Below, in pieces: positions 9,305 through 19,430 of a stretch of 64,000 nt of DNA. The position numbers and the translations under genes are program-made. The stretch lies in contig VHCO01000001.1 of the NCBI GenBank assembly GCA_016871715.1, positions 18,591-82,590 on the forward strand, read 5' to 3'. Source of the DNA: Verrucomicrobiota bacterium. GTDB lineage: Bacteria > Verrucomicrobiota > Verrucomicrobiia > Limisphaerales > J093. Position 1 is the first letter of the stretch. Each line of letters begins with the position of its first letter. Below the pieces are notes generated by a model. It did no database searches. It worked only from the letters and a program-made list of their open reading frames with translations, and was not told the DNA's origin.

Positions 9305-11533
9305 ATGAACTACCCACTGCTCTGCCGCCCCGGGCTCACGCGGCTTTTCGTGTGTCTGCTGGCGCCGGCCTTCGCTCACGCGCAAGAGACTCCCGTTCGC
9401 AAGCCGATGGCGGTGCCGGACGACTTCCCGCGGTTCGCGGTGCCGGGGCAGGAGGCGGCGATGCAGTGGTTGCGGGAGTTGTATTGGCTGCATTACCAAC
9501 CGGCCGGGCCGTTGATTACGTTGTGGGACGAGTGGATGCCCATGTCGACGCTGTGGCCCGCGCGCGGTTCGGGGGCGGAGCTTGAAGCCATGCGCGGCCG
9601 TTGGGCGGCAGCCCTGGCGAGTCGCGCGATCAACGCCGAGGGTTACGTCCATACCCACCAGCACGACGGTCTTGGACACGCCGAGGGCTGGCCCTTCCCG
9701 CTGTGGACACAAGCCGGCGGCTTAGGTTGGCATTTTCGCGGCACGGGCATCGCCGGATACGACGGGCCCCGGGCAACCCCGGAGGGTTGGGTCCTCACGC
9801 GCGCGACGGGAGGCGAGGTCAACGAGAAGGGTTGGGCGATCGAGCTCGTGGAACCCAAGGCCATGGCGCAAAGCCCCTCCTTCGAGTTGCCCGCCCGCAA
9901 TGGGCCCTGGCTCCGGCTCAACTGGTGGGCTGCCGGGCTCGAGCGCGCGAATTGTTACGTCGAGTGGACCACGCAAGCGCAGCCCGAGTTTGGACCGGAC
10001 CGCCGATTCTACTTCACGCCCGCCACAGCCAGTGGTGCCGCGCACAGCTCGATGCCGATGGGGGGTGGCGGGGGACAGTTGGACCTGGGGCGCGTCGAGG
10101 CGCGAACGATGATTCCGGTCTATCGCCTGGCCGGTTGGACCGGCACGATCACCGGGCTTCGGATCGGGTTCGACAACCCCGGCCCGGCGAAGGTGGTGAT
10201 CAAATCGTTCCACACAGCCTGCGACACGCGTCACACGATCAACAACCCGAACTTCGTTCGCGGGGTGCGCGACTACTTCGCCTGGACGCGCGACCTGAAC
10301 TTCCTCCGGGACCAGATCGGGCGCGTGCGCACGGCTTTGCGCTTCGCGATGCGCGAGTTCGACACCCGCAACCGGAACTGCATCTACACGACGTGGCCGG
10401 GCCATGAGGGCCGCAGCGGCGTTCGCCGCTCCGCCGGCGGCACCAAGGAGATCGTCCGCGGCGAAGGCATTGGCGGCAATTACTGGGACCTGCTGCCCTT
10501 CGGCGGCGAGGACGCCTTAGCCACGATCTACTACTACGACACGCTGCTCGAGCTGGCGGCGTTGGAGGAGTACATCGTCGCGCATCCCGAGTGGGGCATC
10601 GCTACCGGCGCGGACGCCTTCGACCCCGCCGACCTGCGCCAACACGCCCGCGCGGTGAGGGCATACGGAACCGACCGGTTCTGGAACCCGGCGACGGGCC
10701 GGTTCGGCACGGTCGATCTGGACGGCGTATTGCACGACTACGGCTGGACCTTCCTGAACAACGAGGCGGTCTACTACGACTTCGCCACGCCCGAGCAGGC
10801 CCGCAGCATTCGCGACTGGATCAGCGGCCGGCGGATCGTTGCGGGCGACACCTCGACGGGCGCCGACATCTACCACTGGCGCTTCGGCCCGCGAGCGACC
10901 ACGCGGCGCAACCTCGATTACTACTTCTGGGCCTGGTCCAGTCCCGAGAGCATCCCGTGGGGGTACCAAGTCCAAGATGGCGGGGCGGTGTTGGGCTTCT
11001 CCTACCACGACCTCATGTGCCGCCTAAAGGTGGATGGGCCAGACGACGCCTGGCGACGCCTCCGGGACATCCTGGTCTGGTTCGAGGAGACCCAGGCGGG
11101 AGGCGGTTACCGCGCCTATTATGCCAAGGACCCAGCGCGCGGCACCCTGCAAGGGGGCAACGTCCCCGGCGGCCTCGGGCTGGATCGGGAGTTCTTCGAG
11201 AGCATCCTCGTGCCGCAGGTGATGCTCTATGGGTTCCTGGGTTTCGAGCCGACCCCGCTCGGTTTCAAGATCAACCCGCGTTTGCCGCAGGATTGGCCTG
11301 AACTGAAACTCACGCGGGTGCACCTGCACGACTTGGTGCTGGACCTGACCGCTCGAGCGGACGGCACCGTGCTCGTCCAGGCCGATCGGCCGTCGGATGC
11401 TCCGGTGGTCATCGAACTGCCGGAGGGGCGCTGGCAAACCACCGCGCCCGGCTCGCGCTTGAAGGGCAACCAAGTCACACTCCCCCTGGGGGCTGAAGTC
11501 AGCCTGTTCTCACCGGCACGGCCATCTCCGTGA
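9305..11533 (+). CDS. large secreted protein with a C-terminal six-hairpin (alpha/alpha)6 glycosidase-like domain
   Basis: 742-aa ORF with signal peptide LFVCLLAPAFAHA. The C-terminal half (GGNYWDLLPFGGEDALATIYYYDTLLELA...YGWTFLNNEAVYY...GGAVLGFSYHDL) resembles amylo-glucosidase/rhamnosidase-type barrels. Family not assignable by eye. Confidence 0.7.
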   Translation: MNYPLLCRPGLTRLFVCLLAPAFAHAQETPVRKPMAVPDDFPRFAVPGQEAAMQWLRELYWLHYQPAGPLITLWDEWMPMSTLWPARGSGAELEAMRGRWAAALASRAINAEGYVHTHQHDGLGHAEGWPFPLWTQAGGLGWHFRGTGIAGYDGPRATPEGWVLTRATGGEVNEKGWAIELVEPKAMAQSPSFELPARNGPWLRLNWWAAGLERANCYVEWTTQAQPEFGPDRRFYFTPATASGAAHSSMPMGGGGGQLDLGRVEARTMIPVYRLAGWTGTITGLRIGFDNPGPAKVVIKSFHTACDTRHTINNPNFVRGVRDYFAWTRDLNFLRDQIGRVRTALRFAMREFDTRNRNCIYTTWPGHEGRSGVRRSAGGTKEIVRGEGIGGNYWDLLPFGGEDALATIYYYDTLLELAALEEYIVAHPEWGIATGADAFDPADLRQHARAVRAYGTDRFWNPATGRFGTVDLDGVLHDYGWTFLNNEAVYYDFATPEQARSIRDWISGRRIVAGDTSTGADIYHWRFGPRATTRRNLDYYFWAWSSPESIPWGYQVQDGGAVLGFSYHDLMCRLKVDGPDDAWRRLRDILVWFEETQAGGGYRAYYAKDPARGTLQGGNVPGGLGLDREFFESILVPQVMLYGFLGFEPTPLGFKINPRLPQDWPELKLTRVHLHDLVLDLTARADGTVLVQADRPSDAPVVIELPEGRWQTTAPGSRLKGNQVTLPLGAEVSLFSPARPSP

Positions 11534-11712
11534 GCGCGGCGCCTCGAGGGACACGCGCGCTTCGCGCCGGGTTGGCCTTGGGCGCGCTGGTGCTCGCCGA
11601 CTCCGTGCGAGCGACCGCTCTGAACTGGGCGCAACTGCCGTCGTTGCCGGAGCCATTGGGCGTGGCTGCCCCCTTTGCTGAGGTCACTGGCGAGGCCTCG
11701 CTCCCGACCTGA
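11530..11712 (+). pseudogene. 60-aa N-terminal stub resembling NanM-type (Kelch, cyclically permuted mutarotase) sialic-acid mutarotase
   Basis: GTG overlaps the upstream stop. Signal-like ALRAGLALGALVLADS, then LNWAQLPSLPEPLGVAAPFAEVTGEASL. This resembles the W..LP.LP...G.A..F.GV.G..L opening of NanM-like proteins, but the frame stops after 60 aa. Confidence 0.3.
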
Positions 11713-11729
11713 CTCCGGCCCCAAATCCT

Positions 11730-12680
11730 ATGCTCAACCTCAGACTCGGCGGACTGGTGGCGGCCACCCATACCCCCTTCCGTGCGGACGGCGCCCTCAA
11801 CCTGGCGGTAGTCGAAGCCCAGGCTGCGCACCTCCAAGAGCACGAGATCACCGCGGCCTTTATTGGGGGTACCACGGGCGAGAGCCACTCGCTCCTGCTC
11901 GAGGAGCGGCAGGCGTTGACCCAGTGTTGGCTCGAGGTGACCCGCGGGAGTCGGTTGGGAGTGGTCGTGCATGTCGGGTCGAATTGCCTGGGCGAGGCGC
12001 GCGCATTGGCCGTGCAGGCTGAGAGGCTTGGCGCGCGGGCGATCGCCGCCCTCGCCCCGAGTTATTTCAAACCCCGCACGTTAGCCGCCCTCCTGGAGTG
12101 GTGCGCCCAGATCGCCGGCGCCGCGCCGGCCACTCCCTTCTACTTCTACGACATTCCCGCGTTGACGGGAGTGAGCCTGCCCATGCCAGAGTTTCTCGAG
12201 CAAGCCGCCGACCGCATCCCCACGCTGGCAGGCCTCAAGTACACCAACTCGAACCTGATGGATTACCAGCTTTGCTTACACGCTTGCGAGGGGGCGTTTG
12301 ACATGCTGTGGGGCACGGACGAAGCCTTGCTGGCGGGGTTGACGTTGGGCGCGCGGGGCGCGGTCGGCAGCAGTTATAACTTCGCCGCGCCCATCTACCG
12401 GCGGCTGCTGGCAGCCTTCGCAAGAGGCGACTGGGAAAACGCGCGCCGCGAACAATTCGCCTCCGTGCAGCTCATCTCCTTGCTCTATCGCTACGGGTAC
12501 CCCGGAGCCGCAAAAGCCGTGCTCGACATGCTCGGCATAGACGTCGGCCCCGCCCGTCCCCCCCAGGAGAACCTGAGCCGCCCCCAGAAGGACCGGCTCC
12601 GCGCAGACTTGGAGCGGCTTGGGTTTTTCGACTGGATCACCCCGCCGGGCCCAGGGGGTGCCGGGGATGCCCATCGGTAG
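11730..12680 (+). CDS. DHDPS-family aldolase, N-acetylneuraminate lyase-like
   Basis: GLVAATHTPF...IGGTTGESHSL...FYFYDIPALTG...GLKYTNSNLMDY...GAVGSSYNF, with the Schiff-base Lys in GLKYT. The overall pattern is closest to NPL/NanA-type lyases as I remember them. The last codons and stop (TAG 12678-12680) lie inside a REP-like element. Confidence 0.8.
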   Translation: MLNLRLGGLVAATHTPFRADGALNLAVVEAQAAHLQEHEITAAFIGGTTGESHSLLLEERQALTQCWLEVTRGSRLGVVVHVGSNCLGEARALAVQAERLGARAIAALAPSYFKPRTLAALLEWCAQIAGAAPATPFYFYDIPALTGVSLPMPEFLEQAADRIPTLAGLKYTNSNLMDYQLCLHACEGAFDMLWGTDEALLAGLTLGARGAVGSSYNFAAPIYRRLLAAFARGDWENARREQFASVQLISLLYRYGYPGAAKAVLDMLGIDVGPARPPQENLSRPQKDRLRADLERLGFFDWITPPGPGGAGDAHR

Positions 12681-12805
12681 GGCGCGCAGTCCTCTGCGCG
12701 CCGCGGCCTCGTAAGTCCACCGTGGTTGACGACGCGCAGAGGACTGCGCGCCCTACCCCCGGACTGTCGTCCATGTCAGGTTCATCAACCTGCCAGTCAT
12801 CGGTC
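12676..12805 (+). repeat. REP-like palindromic element copy A, plus about 35 bp of extra flank shared only with copy B
   Basis: GGTAGGGCGCGCAGTCCTCTGCGCGCCGCGG...GACGCGCAGAGGACTGCGCGCCCTACCCCCGGACTGTCGTC, then ...AACCTGCCAGTCATCGGTC. Near-identical to 14191-14320. Confidence 0.9.
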
Positions 12806-13554
12806 AGGGCCGCCTCGACCATGGCTGCGTGCGACGGCACCGCCACGCCAGCCACCACAAACTCGCCAACAACAACCACCGCGGCGCGGGTTCCGGGATC
12901 GCCGAGAAGTGCAGGTCGTCCAACACATGCACGTACCCGGGCCAGTCGGGAAAGGCGTGGTACTCGAAGGCGCAGAACTCGAAGCGGAGCATCACCTCCT
13001 GGCCCGCCCAAGGCTCAACATGGACTGCGTAGTAGTTGTGCACCGGCACTCGATGGTCATCGGTCAACCGCTGTTCCCAAGGGTAAAACGCGATCTGCTG
13101 ACCGTCACGTTGGCGTCCCCGCTTACCTTGGCTGCGGCCGGGGCGGGACCGTGGCGCGGTCCGAAAGGTCCACGGTCCGCCCCTGGACTGAGACCCTTGA
13201 ACCCGACCCAGACTTCGTAGATGCCGTCCGTCGGCCCCAGGGTCACAACCAGGTTGGGCTGAAAGGTTCCCCACTGGGCCGTCGCAAAGGCGTCGCTGTT
13301 GACCAAGACGGCCATCGCCGCCGTCGCGCCGCCTAAGGCCTGGACGCGCAGTGCAACCTCCGGACTTCGCACATATTCCTCCGCCACGGTCACGGTCGGG
13401 ATGCCGGGAGAACAGAACGCCTCATACGTCGCGGCTACTTGTTACTTCAGATTGGCCGGGCTGGCGCTGTAGACCTGCACAGCCGTCCCGCTCCAACTGG
13501 CTACCGCTTGGACATTGGCAAAGGCCTTCAGACGTATTTGAAAACGCCGCTCTC

Positions 13555-13636
13555 GGTAGGGCGAGGCTCCTGCCGAGCCGTCGAAAACAGTGGCAAGGCT
13601 GGAGCCGTCGCGGCTCGGCAGGAACCTCGCCCTACC
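13555..13636. repeat. second type of REP-like hairpin (same TAGGGCG...CGCCCTA termini, different core)
   Basis: GGTAGGGCGAGGCTCCTGCCGAGCCG-(loop)-CGGCTCGGCAGGAACCTCGCCCTACC. Long, nearly perfect inverted repeat lying inside the pseudogene. Confidence 0.8.
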
Positions 13637-14190
13637 GGCGCTGGGCTTTACCAACAGGCTCCCAGGCACTTGTCCCGCTTCGCCCGGCCAACCGGTCGAG
13701 TTGAACCGCCACCAACCAAGCTGTGTCTCCGTCGCGCTATCCGAATCAACGGGATCGGTTCCTTCGGCCAGTTCCTGGCTGTCACTGCGGCCGTCGTAGT
13801 CCGAACCAGGGTCATCGGGGCTGGTTTCGCCACCATTGACCAGGTTGTTGCCGTTGTGATCCTCGGCGTAGTCGGGCAACCCGTCCCCGTCGGTGTCGCT
13901 GGCGCCAGCGTTGAAACTGGTCGAGGAGGCGTAGAGGGCGCCGGCGCACTCGGTCCCACTCTCGGCTTGGGCCCGTCTGGGCAGCGCGGCCAGCATCGCC
14001 TCGCACGCGCTCCACTCGATTTGCTCGAAGAGGACCGTGCGCCCTTCGATCGTCTCCCACCGCTTGACCACAGGCGTGTACGTGCTCTCCGCCTCGGCTT
14101 GTGCGCCCAGCCGAAACGCTCGGCCGGGGCCCATCCGGTAGCTGCTGAACTGACTCATGGTTCACCGCAATGGACTGGCAATCGCGGTAA

Positions 14191-14320
14191 GGTAGGGCGC
14201 GCAGTCCTCTGCGCGCCGCGGCCTCGTAAGTCCACCGTGCTTGACGGCGCGCAGAGGACTGCGCGCCCTACCCCCAGACTGTCGTCTAGTTCACGCTCAT
14301 TAACCTGCCAGTCATCGGTC
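14191..14320 (+). repeat. REP-like palindromic element copy B, plus shared flank
   Basis: Direct repeat of 12676-12805, 1515 bp away, with only a few substitutions on visual alignment. Confidence 0.9.
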
Positions 14321-14631
14321 GTGGCCGGCTCGAGGCCGAAGCTCTCGGGTCCAGGCGGCCTCGACCGTAGCACCACTTCCTGGGCCAGGCCCGCGCGACG
14401 GTACACGAAGACAAGGTCTGCCCGTGCGCCCTCGAAGGCATCCGGATAAACCAGTCGATTGGCTGAGGTCAGTTGGGCTTCGCCGCCCTTGAACTTGGCG
14501 ATGGATTCGAGGATCCAGTGATGGGGGCCGCGTTCGAGTTCAGGGCCGGTTTGCGCGCCCATGAACACCGGGGAAGGACCGGACGTCGTTTGGCTCGGGC
14601 TGCCGGTTAGAAAACCGCGCGTTCAAAAAGC

Positions 14632-15393
14632 TCAGGCCACACGGCGCGCCACCACGAAAGCGTTGAACATGAGGTAGCGCAACGGCGTGAGGTTGAGGAG
14701 GAAAGCAATGGGAGACGCCACATAGCGGTCGGTGCATTCGACCCGTTCGATCGCGCACCCGGCGCGCTCGAGGAAGAAGCCAATCTCGAGACTGTTGGTG
14801 GCGACGATGGCGTCGTCGTCGGGCGTGAACGGCTCCTTCACAATCGGCTGCATGCGGTCGAATCGGACCAGGTCTGCCGCACGACGCATCTGGCGGCGCT
14901 TGGCCACTAACCGCCGTCCGTTGCGCCATTTGTTGCCCAAGCCGCGCATCCTGGGATGGTAATCGCGCCAACCGAGCACGCGCAGGAAGTTCGGACTCGA
15001 GACCAACACCCGGCCGCCAGACGCAGTCACGCGCACCAGTTCGGCCAGAAACGCTTCCGGTTCCTCGACATGCTCGAGCACGTTCAGGGCGCCCACACTG
15101 GCGAAGTGCCGGTCCGGAAACGGCAAGTGCCGACCGTCGTAGAGTCGGCAGTCGAGGCCGAACTGCCTTGCCTTGGCCAGGTTGGGCTCGGAGACCTCGA
15201 CCCCGACCGCCTCCGCGCCGGCGTCCCGCAGTCGGCGCACCACTTGGCCCACACCGCAGCCCACATCCAACACGCGCGCCCCGGGTTGGGCCGGCATGAG
15301 GGTGTCGGCGTACTTCGCGTAGAACCCCTCGTCCCACGCTGCGAGGAACTCGGCGTAGGCTTCGTTGTGCCGGTAGGTCTCTTGGTGGCTCAT
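14632..15393 (-). CDS. class I SAM-dependent methyltransferase
   Basis: VLDVGCGVGQVV (motif I), LPFPDRHFASVGALNVLEHV, GGRVLVSSPN. Its ATG overlaps the selB stop (ATGA, 15390-15393). Confidence 0.85.
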   Translation of the reverse strand: MSHQETYRHNEAYAEFLAAWDEGFYAKYADTLMPAQPGARVLDVGCGVGQVVRRLRDAGAEAVGVEVSEPNLAKARQFGLDCRLYDGRHLPFPDRHFASVGALNVLEHVEEPEAFLAELVRVTASGGRVLVSSPNFLRVLGWRDYHPRMRGLGNKWRNGRRLVAKRRQMRRAADLVRFDRMQPIVKEPFTPDDDAIVATNSLEIGFFLERAGCAIERVECTDRYVASPIAFLLNLTPLRYLMFNAFVVARRVA

Positions 15394-17342
15394 GCGTTCT
15401 TTCCAGGCACCCGCAGGTCGCCTTGACGCCGCGTCACGCCTTCGCGATCGAGCTTCTCGAGCAACGGCACCAGGATGCGTCGGCTCGAGCCCAGACTCTG
15501 GCGCAGCTCGCTCACCGTCGCCTGGCCGCGCTGGCGTAGGTGGGCCTTGATCGAGTCCACCGCGCGCGCGTAGCCCTCGGCGCTCATGGCCAAGTCGGCG
15601 CTGACCTCGACCGCTTCACCCGCGTTGATCAAGAAACGCAAGGCCTGCTGCGACGCCGGATCGGAGGCCAACTCCTTGCGCGAAGGCGGCTCGAGCGGCT
15701 TGAGCGTCAGGGCCGCGCGAAGACGCTCGCCGACGCCCCGCAGGTGGGGCGGCAACGCCAAACGGTGCGTCAACCGGCGCAAGGCGGTCCCGCTCTGCTG
15801 GAAGCCGTTCGCGCACAAGCCAGCCAGCAACGCCTCGAACGACCCAGGCCAGGCCAGCTCCTCGGCGAGTTGGACCCGCAGTTCACTGACCGCCAACCCG
15901 GGCCGGTCCGGGTGCGCTCCGTGATGCGCATCGATGAGTCCCCCGGCACGTTCCAGCAACGACCGCCACCAGGCCGCATCGGCCACCAGGGCGCCGAGTT
16001 CCTTCGCCCGCCCTTCGCGCAGCAGTCCCGCGAGCGCGGCTGCAACCTCCGCCGCGCTGAATCGTGAGCGGACCAGCAGTTGGGCCCGAGCCGCCAGGCC
16101 GTCCCGCGCCAGTTGCGTGGCCACATAGACCTGCGCGGTCTCGCCGCCCCGGGCGCGCTCCTCGAGCAAACGCGCCTGCGCCTTGCTCCGCCAATGCTTG
16201 CGGTCTCCCTCCGGGTCCAACACCAAGCCGCCGGCCAGGGTGGTTTGTTCGGACCAATCCCGCACAATGAACCGGTCGCCCGCAAACACGTAGACGGGCG
16301 CCTCGAAACGGAGCTGGGCCAGGTCGTGCGCCCCGGGGACGAGCTCGGCAGCCCCACGCAGAAAAACGCGGGCGGCGTAGTTCGCGCTGCCGTAGTGCAC
16401 TCGCACCAGGGTCCGATCCTTGAGCGGGCGAGCGGCCGCCGTCGAGGCTTCCTCGAGCCTAGCGGACTTCTCGAGCCAGACGTCCACCGTGTCCGTGGGC
16501 CCCTCCAACTCGGCCAGCGTCAGCACGTCGCCTCGGGCCACGCCTGTCGGGTCGGTCTCCGAACGCGCTTCGACATCCGCCAGGTTCACCGCAGTGCGCG
16601 TGCCGGGCAGACTGCGCGCCACTTCCTGGTTATAGTTCTGCAGCCCACGGATCCGGGTCGTTCGACCGCCAGGTTGCAGCACCGCACCCTGCCCGCGCTC
16701 CAGCGCGCCTCCAATCAACGTCCCCGTCACCACCGTTCCAACGCCTCGCAACACGAAGACTCGGTCCACCGGCAGACGCGGTTTGCCTAGGTCGCGCGGC
16801 GGAGGCGTGTTTGCCAGCACCGCAGCCAGGGCTTCCTTGAGTTCATCGAGCCCGCGGCCGCTGACGACCGAGGTGGGGACGACCGGGGCCTGGGCAAAGG
16901 GGCTGTGGTCAAGTTGCGCCCGCACGGCGGCGACCCGTTCGGCTTCTCGACCCTCGGCCAGGTCCATCTTGGTTAAGGCAACAACGGCGCGAGTGACGCC
17001 CAGGTAAGTGAGGATCTGCAGGTGTTCCTCGGTCTGCGGCATCCAACCGTCGTCCGCCGCCACCACCAACAGCGCCAGGTCGATCGAGCCCACCCCCGCC
17101 ACCATGTTCTTGACGAAATCCTCGTGCCCGGGAACGTCGACGATCCCCAGCGAGAAGCGCGCCGGTTGGCCAGCGATCGTGGCCGCCAACTCGAGATGTG
17201 CAAAGCCCAGGTCAATCGTGATCCCACGCGCCTTCTCTTCCGGCAACCGGTCCGGATCGGTCCCGGTCAACGCCTTGACCAGGGCGCTCTTGCCATGATC
17301 GACATGGCCGGCTGTGGCCAGGATGTAGGGGTGTTCCGTCAT
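15390..17342 (-). CDS. selB: selenocysteine-specific translation elongation factor SelB
   Basis: [42 protein letters not shown]...VDVPGHEDF...TKMDL GTPase motifs. Long C-terminal winged-helix region. 650 aa. Confidence 0.9.
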   Translation of the reverse strand: MTEHPYILATAGHVDHGKSALVKALTGTDPDRLPEEKARGITIDLGFAHLELAATIAGQPARFSLGIVDVPGHEDFVKNMVAGVGSIDLALLVVAADDGWMPQTEEHLQILTYLGVTRAVVALTKMDLAEGREAERVAAVRAQLDHSPFAQAPVVPTSVVSGRGLDELKEALAAVLANTPPPRDLGKPRLPVDRVFVLRGVGTVVTGTLIGGALERGQGAVLQPGGRTTRIRGLQNYNQEVARSLPGTRTAVNLADVEARSETDPTGVARGDVLTLAELEGPTDTVDVWLEKSARLEEASTAAARPLKDRTLVRVHYGSANYAARVFLRGAAELVPGAHDLAQLRFEAPVYVFAGDRFIVRDWSEQTTLAGGLVLDPEGDRKHWRSKAQARLLEERARGGETAQVYVATQLARDGLAARAQLLVRSRFSAAEVAAALAGLLREGRAKELGALVADAAWWRSLLERAGGLIDAHHGAHPDRPGLAVSELRVQLAEELAWPGSFEALLAGLCANGFQQSGTALRRLTHRLALPPHLRGVGERLRAALTLKPLEPPSRKELASDPASQQALRFLINAGEAVEVSADLAMSAEGYARAVDSIKAHLRQRGQATVSELRQSLGSSRRILVPLLEKLDREGVTRRQGDLRVPGKNA

Positions 17343-17382
17343 GGCCGCGGTCTACCCCTCGCGCTTGCGCTCGCGGACGCGC

Positions 17383-19395
17383 TCATCGAGAGGCGAGATG
17401 CCGCTCCAAGAACTCGAGGATCGCGCGGTACCCAACGATCTGGTTCTTCTTCTTGCTGAACCCGTGTCCTTCGTCGTCGAACACGATGTACTCGACCGGG
17501 ATGCCGTTCCGCTTCACCGCGGCCACGATGTCGTCCGACTCGGGCTTGATCACGCGCGGATCGTTCGCGCCCTGCAACACCAAGAGCGGCCGGCGGATCT
17601 TGTCCGCATGAAACAGCGGCGAAGCAGCCACCAGCATCTCCCGCTGCGTCACCGGATCGCCAATCTCCCGGTATAATGCGCGCCGGAAGGATTCCCAGTA
17701 GGGCGGCATGCTCTCGAGGGTGCGCACCCAGTTGGACACCCCGAAGATGTCCACGCCCACGTCGAACACCTCCGGCTGAAAAGCCAACGCCGCCAAAACC
17801 ATGTACCCGCCGTAACTGCCCCCGATAATCCCGATCCGGTCCGGATCCACATAGGGCAGGCTCGCCAAATACTTCTTGGCCTCGACACAGTCCCAGAGCG
17901 GCTCGCGTCCGTGCTTTTGGTCATCAGCCATGAAGAACGTCTTGCCGTAGCCGGTGCTGCCGCGGTTATTGATGCCTAAGACCACGTAACCGTGGTTCAC
18001 CAAGTACTGAATCAGGGGACTGTACCCGTGCCGTGTCTGGCCCCCAGGCCCGCCATGCACCCACACCAACGCCGGCACCCGGCGTTGCGGCGTTGCCTGA
18101 TGCGGCCGGTAGAAGATGTTCGGGACCGCTAAACCGTCAAAAGACTTGAACCGCACCACCTGCGCGGCCACCAAATCCGCCGCGTCAATGCTCGGGCTGA
18201 GCGTCTCGGTGAGCTTGCGCACTCCCTGGGTCCGGAAGTCCAGCACGTACAGGTTGTTCGGCGACCGATCCCCGTTCACGTAGAAGGCCATCAAATCCTC
18301 GCTGCGCGCAATCTCCACCATGCTGATCTCGCCCTCCGGCAACTCGGGCAACGGAACCTCCCGGCCCGTCTGTGCCTCGACCAACCGGATCACCGTGCGG
18401 CCATCGGCGTTGATGCCCGTGAACCGGTACTTCCCGTGCCACGAAAAACCCGTGTAAACAATGTCCCACGCCGCCCGCTCGACCTCCTCGACTCGGCCGC
18501 TCGCCAATTCGTGCCGGCGCACCCGCGTGAACTCCGCGCCGTCGTTGGTCAGGTAGTACAACCACCTCGAGCCGGGATCGAACGCGGCCACCTCGTGTGT
18601 GGCCGTCCCCTCGTGCGGGGTGATGTGCTGGAGCGCCCGCGTCGGCAGATGGTAGAGGTAAATGTCGCTGTCCGAGGTGGTGTTGGGCTTGCCCAGAGCC
18701 AGCCACTGGCCATCCTCGGAGACATCCCCCACCTCGTACCCCACGTCGTCTTGGTAGATCAACTGGCGCTCATAACTCGCCGCGTCGTACCGGTACAGGT
18801 CGAAGAAACGCGCGTCCCGCTCGTTGGTCAGCACGTAGAAGGCCGCATCGTCTCGGCTCCACTTGACAAATCGCGCCTTGAGCTTCGCCCCCGGTGTCAG
18901 GTCGCGCTCCACTTGGTCCGGACCGACCGCGTACAGGTGGTTGTTCTCGTCTCCGCCCGCGTCCCGGGTGTAGAGGACCCGATGGTCCTTCGGGAAGAAC
19001 GACACCCCATACGTGCTCTCGGTCGTCGAGCGCGTCACCGGCTCGAGAGGACCGCCCCCCACCGCAACGGTGTAGGCGTTGAAAATGCCCGTCTGATCCG
19101 ACGAGACCAACAGCCGCGTTTCATCCGCCGAAAACGACGCCCCCCAGATCCGCGTCGTGTCCATGAACTGCTCGATCGTGTACGACCGAGCCGGCCGCTT
19201 CGCCGCCCCGGACTTCGGCGCTGCGCCCGGCCCCAGCGTGCAACCGATCAACCCGGCCCCTAGCGCGCACGCTGCCGCCGACCGTAAACCGATCCGGCGC
19301 CCGATGGCTCGGCCGATCGCCTCGGCCACCGTCTGCCTCGACGCCGCGGGTCGGCACAACCCGACCTCGAATGTGTGGTTCGTTTGTCGTCGCAT
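17383..19395 (-). CDS. S9-family serine peptidase (prolyl oligopeptidase/dipeptidyl-peptidase type), probable lipoprotein
   Basis: ORF 17383..19518 trimmed to ATG 19395, because the longer form would overlap selA. LGAGLIGC lipobox-like signal. N-terminal beta-propeller. C-terminal GGSYGGYM nucleophile elbow, ...GANDPRV..., ...DEGHGF. Confidence 0.85.
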   Translation of the reverse strand: MRRQTNHTFEVGLCRPAASRQTVAEAIGRAIGRRIGLRSAAACALGAGLIGCTLGPGAAPKSGAAKRPARSYTIEQFMDTTRIWGASFSADETRLLVSSDQTGIFNAYTVAVGGGPLEPVTRSTTESTYGVSFFPKDHRVLYTRDAGGDENNHLYAVGPDQVERDLTPGAKLKARFVKWSRDDAAFYVLTNERDARFFDLYRYDAASYERQLIYQDDVGYEVGDVSEDGQWLALGKPNTTSDSDIYLYHLPTRALQHITPHEGTATHEVAAFDPGSRWLYYLTNDGAEFTRVRRHELASGRVEEVERAAWDIVYTGFSWHGKYRFTGINADGRTVIRLVEAQTGREVPLPELPEGEISMVEIARSEDLMAFYVNGDRSPNNLYVLDFRTQGVRKLTETLSPSIDAADLVAAQVVRFKSFDGLAVPNIFYRPHQATPQRRVPALVWVHGGPGGQTRHGYSPLIQYLVNHGYVVLGINNRGSTGYGKTFFMADDQKHGREPLWDCVEAKKYLASLPYVDPDRIGIIGGSYGGYMVLAALAFQPEVFDVGVDIFGVSNWVRTLESMPPYWESFRRALYREIGDPVTQREMLVAASPLFHADKIRRPLLVLQGANDPRVIKPESDDIVAAVKRNGIPVEYIVFDDEGHGFSKKKNQIVGYRAILEFLERHLASR

Positions 19396-19430
19396 ATCCG
19401 CTTCAATTGAAAGAACCCCCAGCCAGCCCG

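Larger units (their letters stand above)
12804..14568 (-). pseudogene. disrupted giant surface/adhesin-like gene (Asp-rich calcium-binding repeats, PEP-CTERM-like tail)
   Basis: Four minus-strand pieces. Piece 1, 14568-14155: ...RLVYPDAFEGARADLVFVYRRAGLAQEVVLRSRPPGPESFGLEP, then a REP insertion. Piece 2, 14158-13442: DTDGDGLPDYAEDHNGNN...DPGSDYDGRSDSQE...LGWWRFNSTGW. An in-frame TAA sits at 13442-13444. Piece 3, 13441-13064. A frame change leads to piece 4, 13274-12804, ending ...IPEPAPRWLLLASLWWLAWRCRR. Confidence 0.55.
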
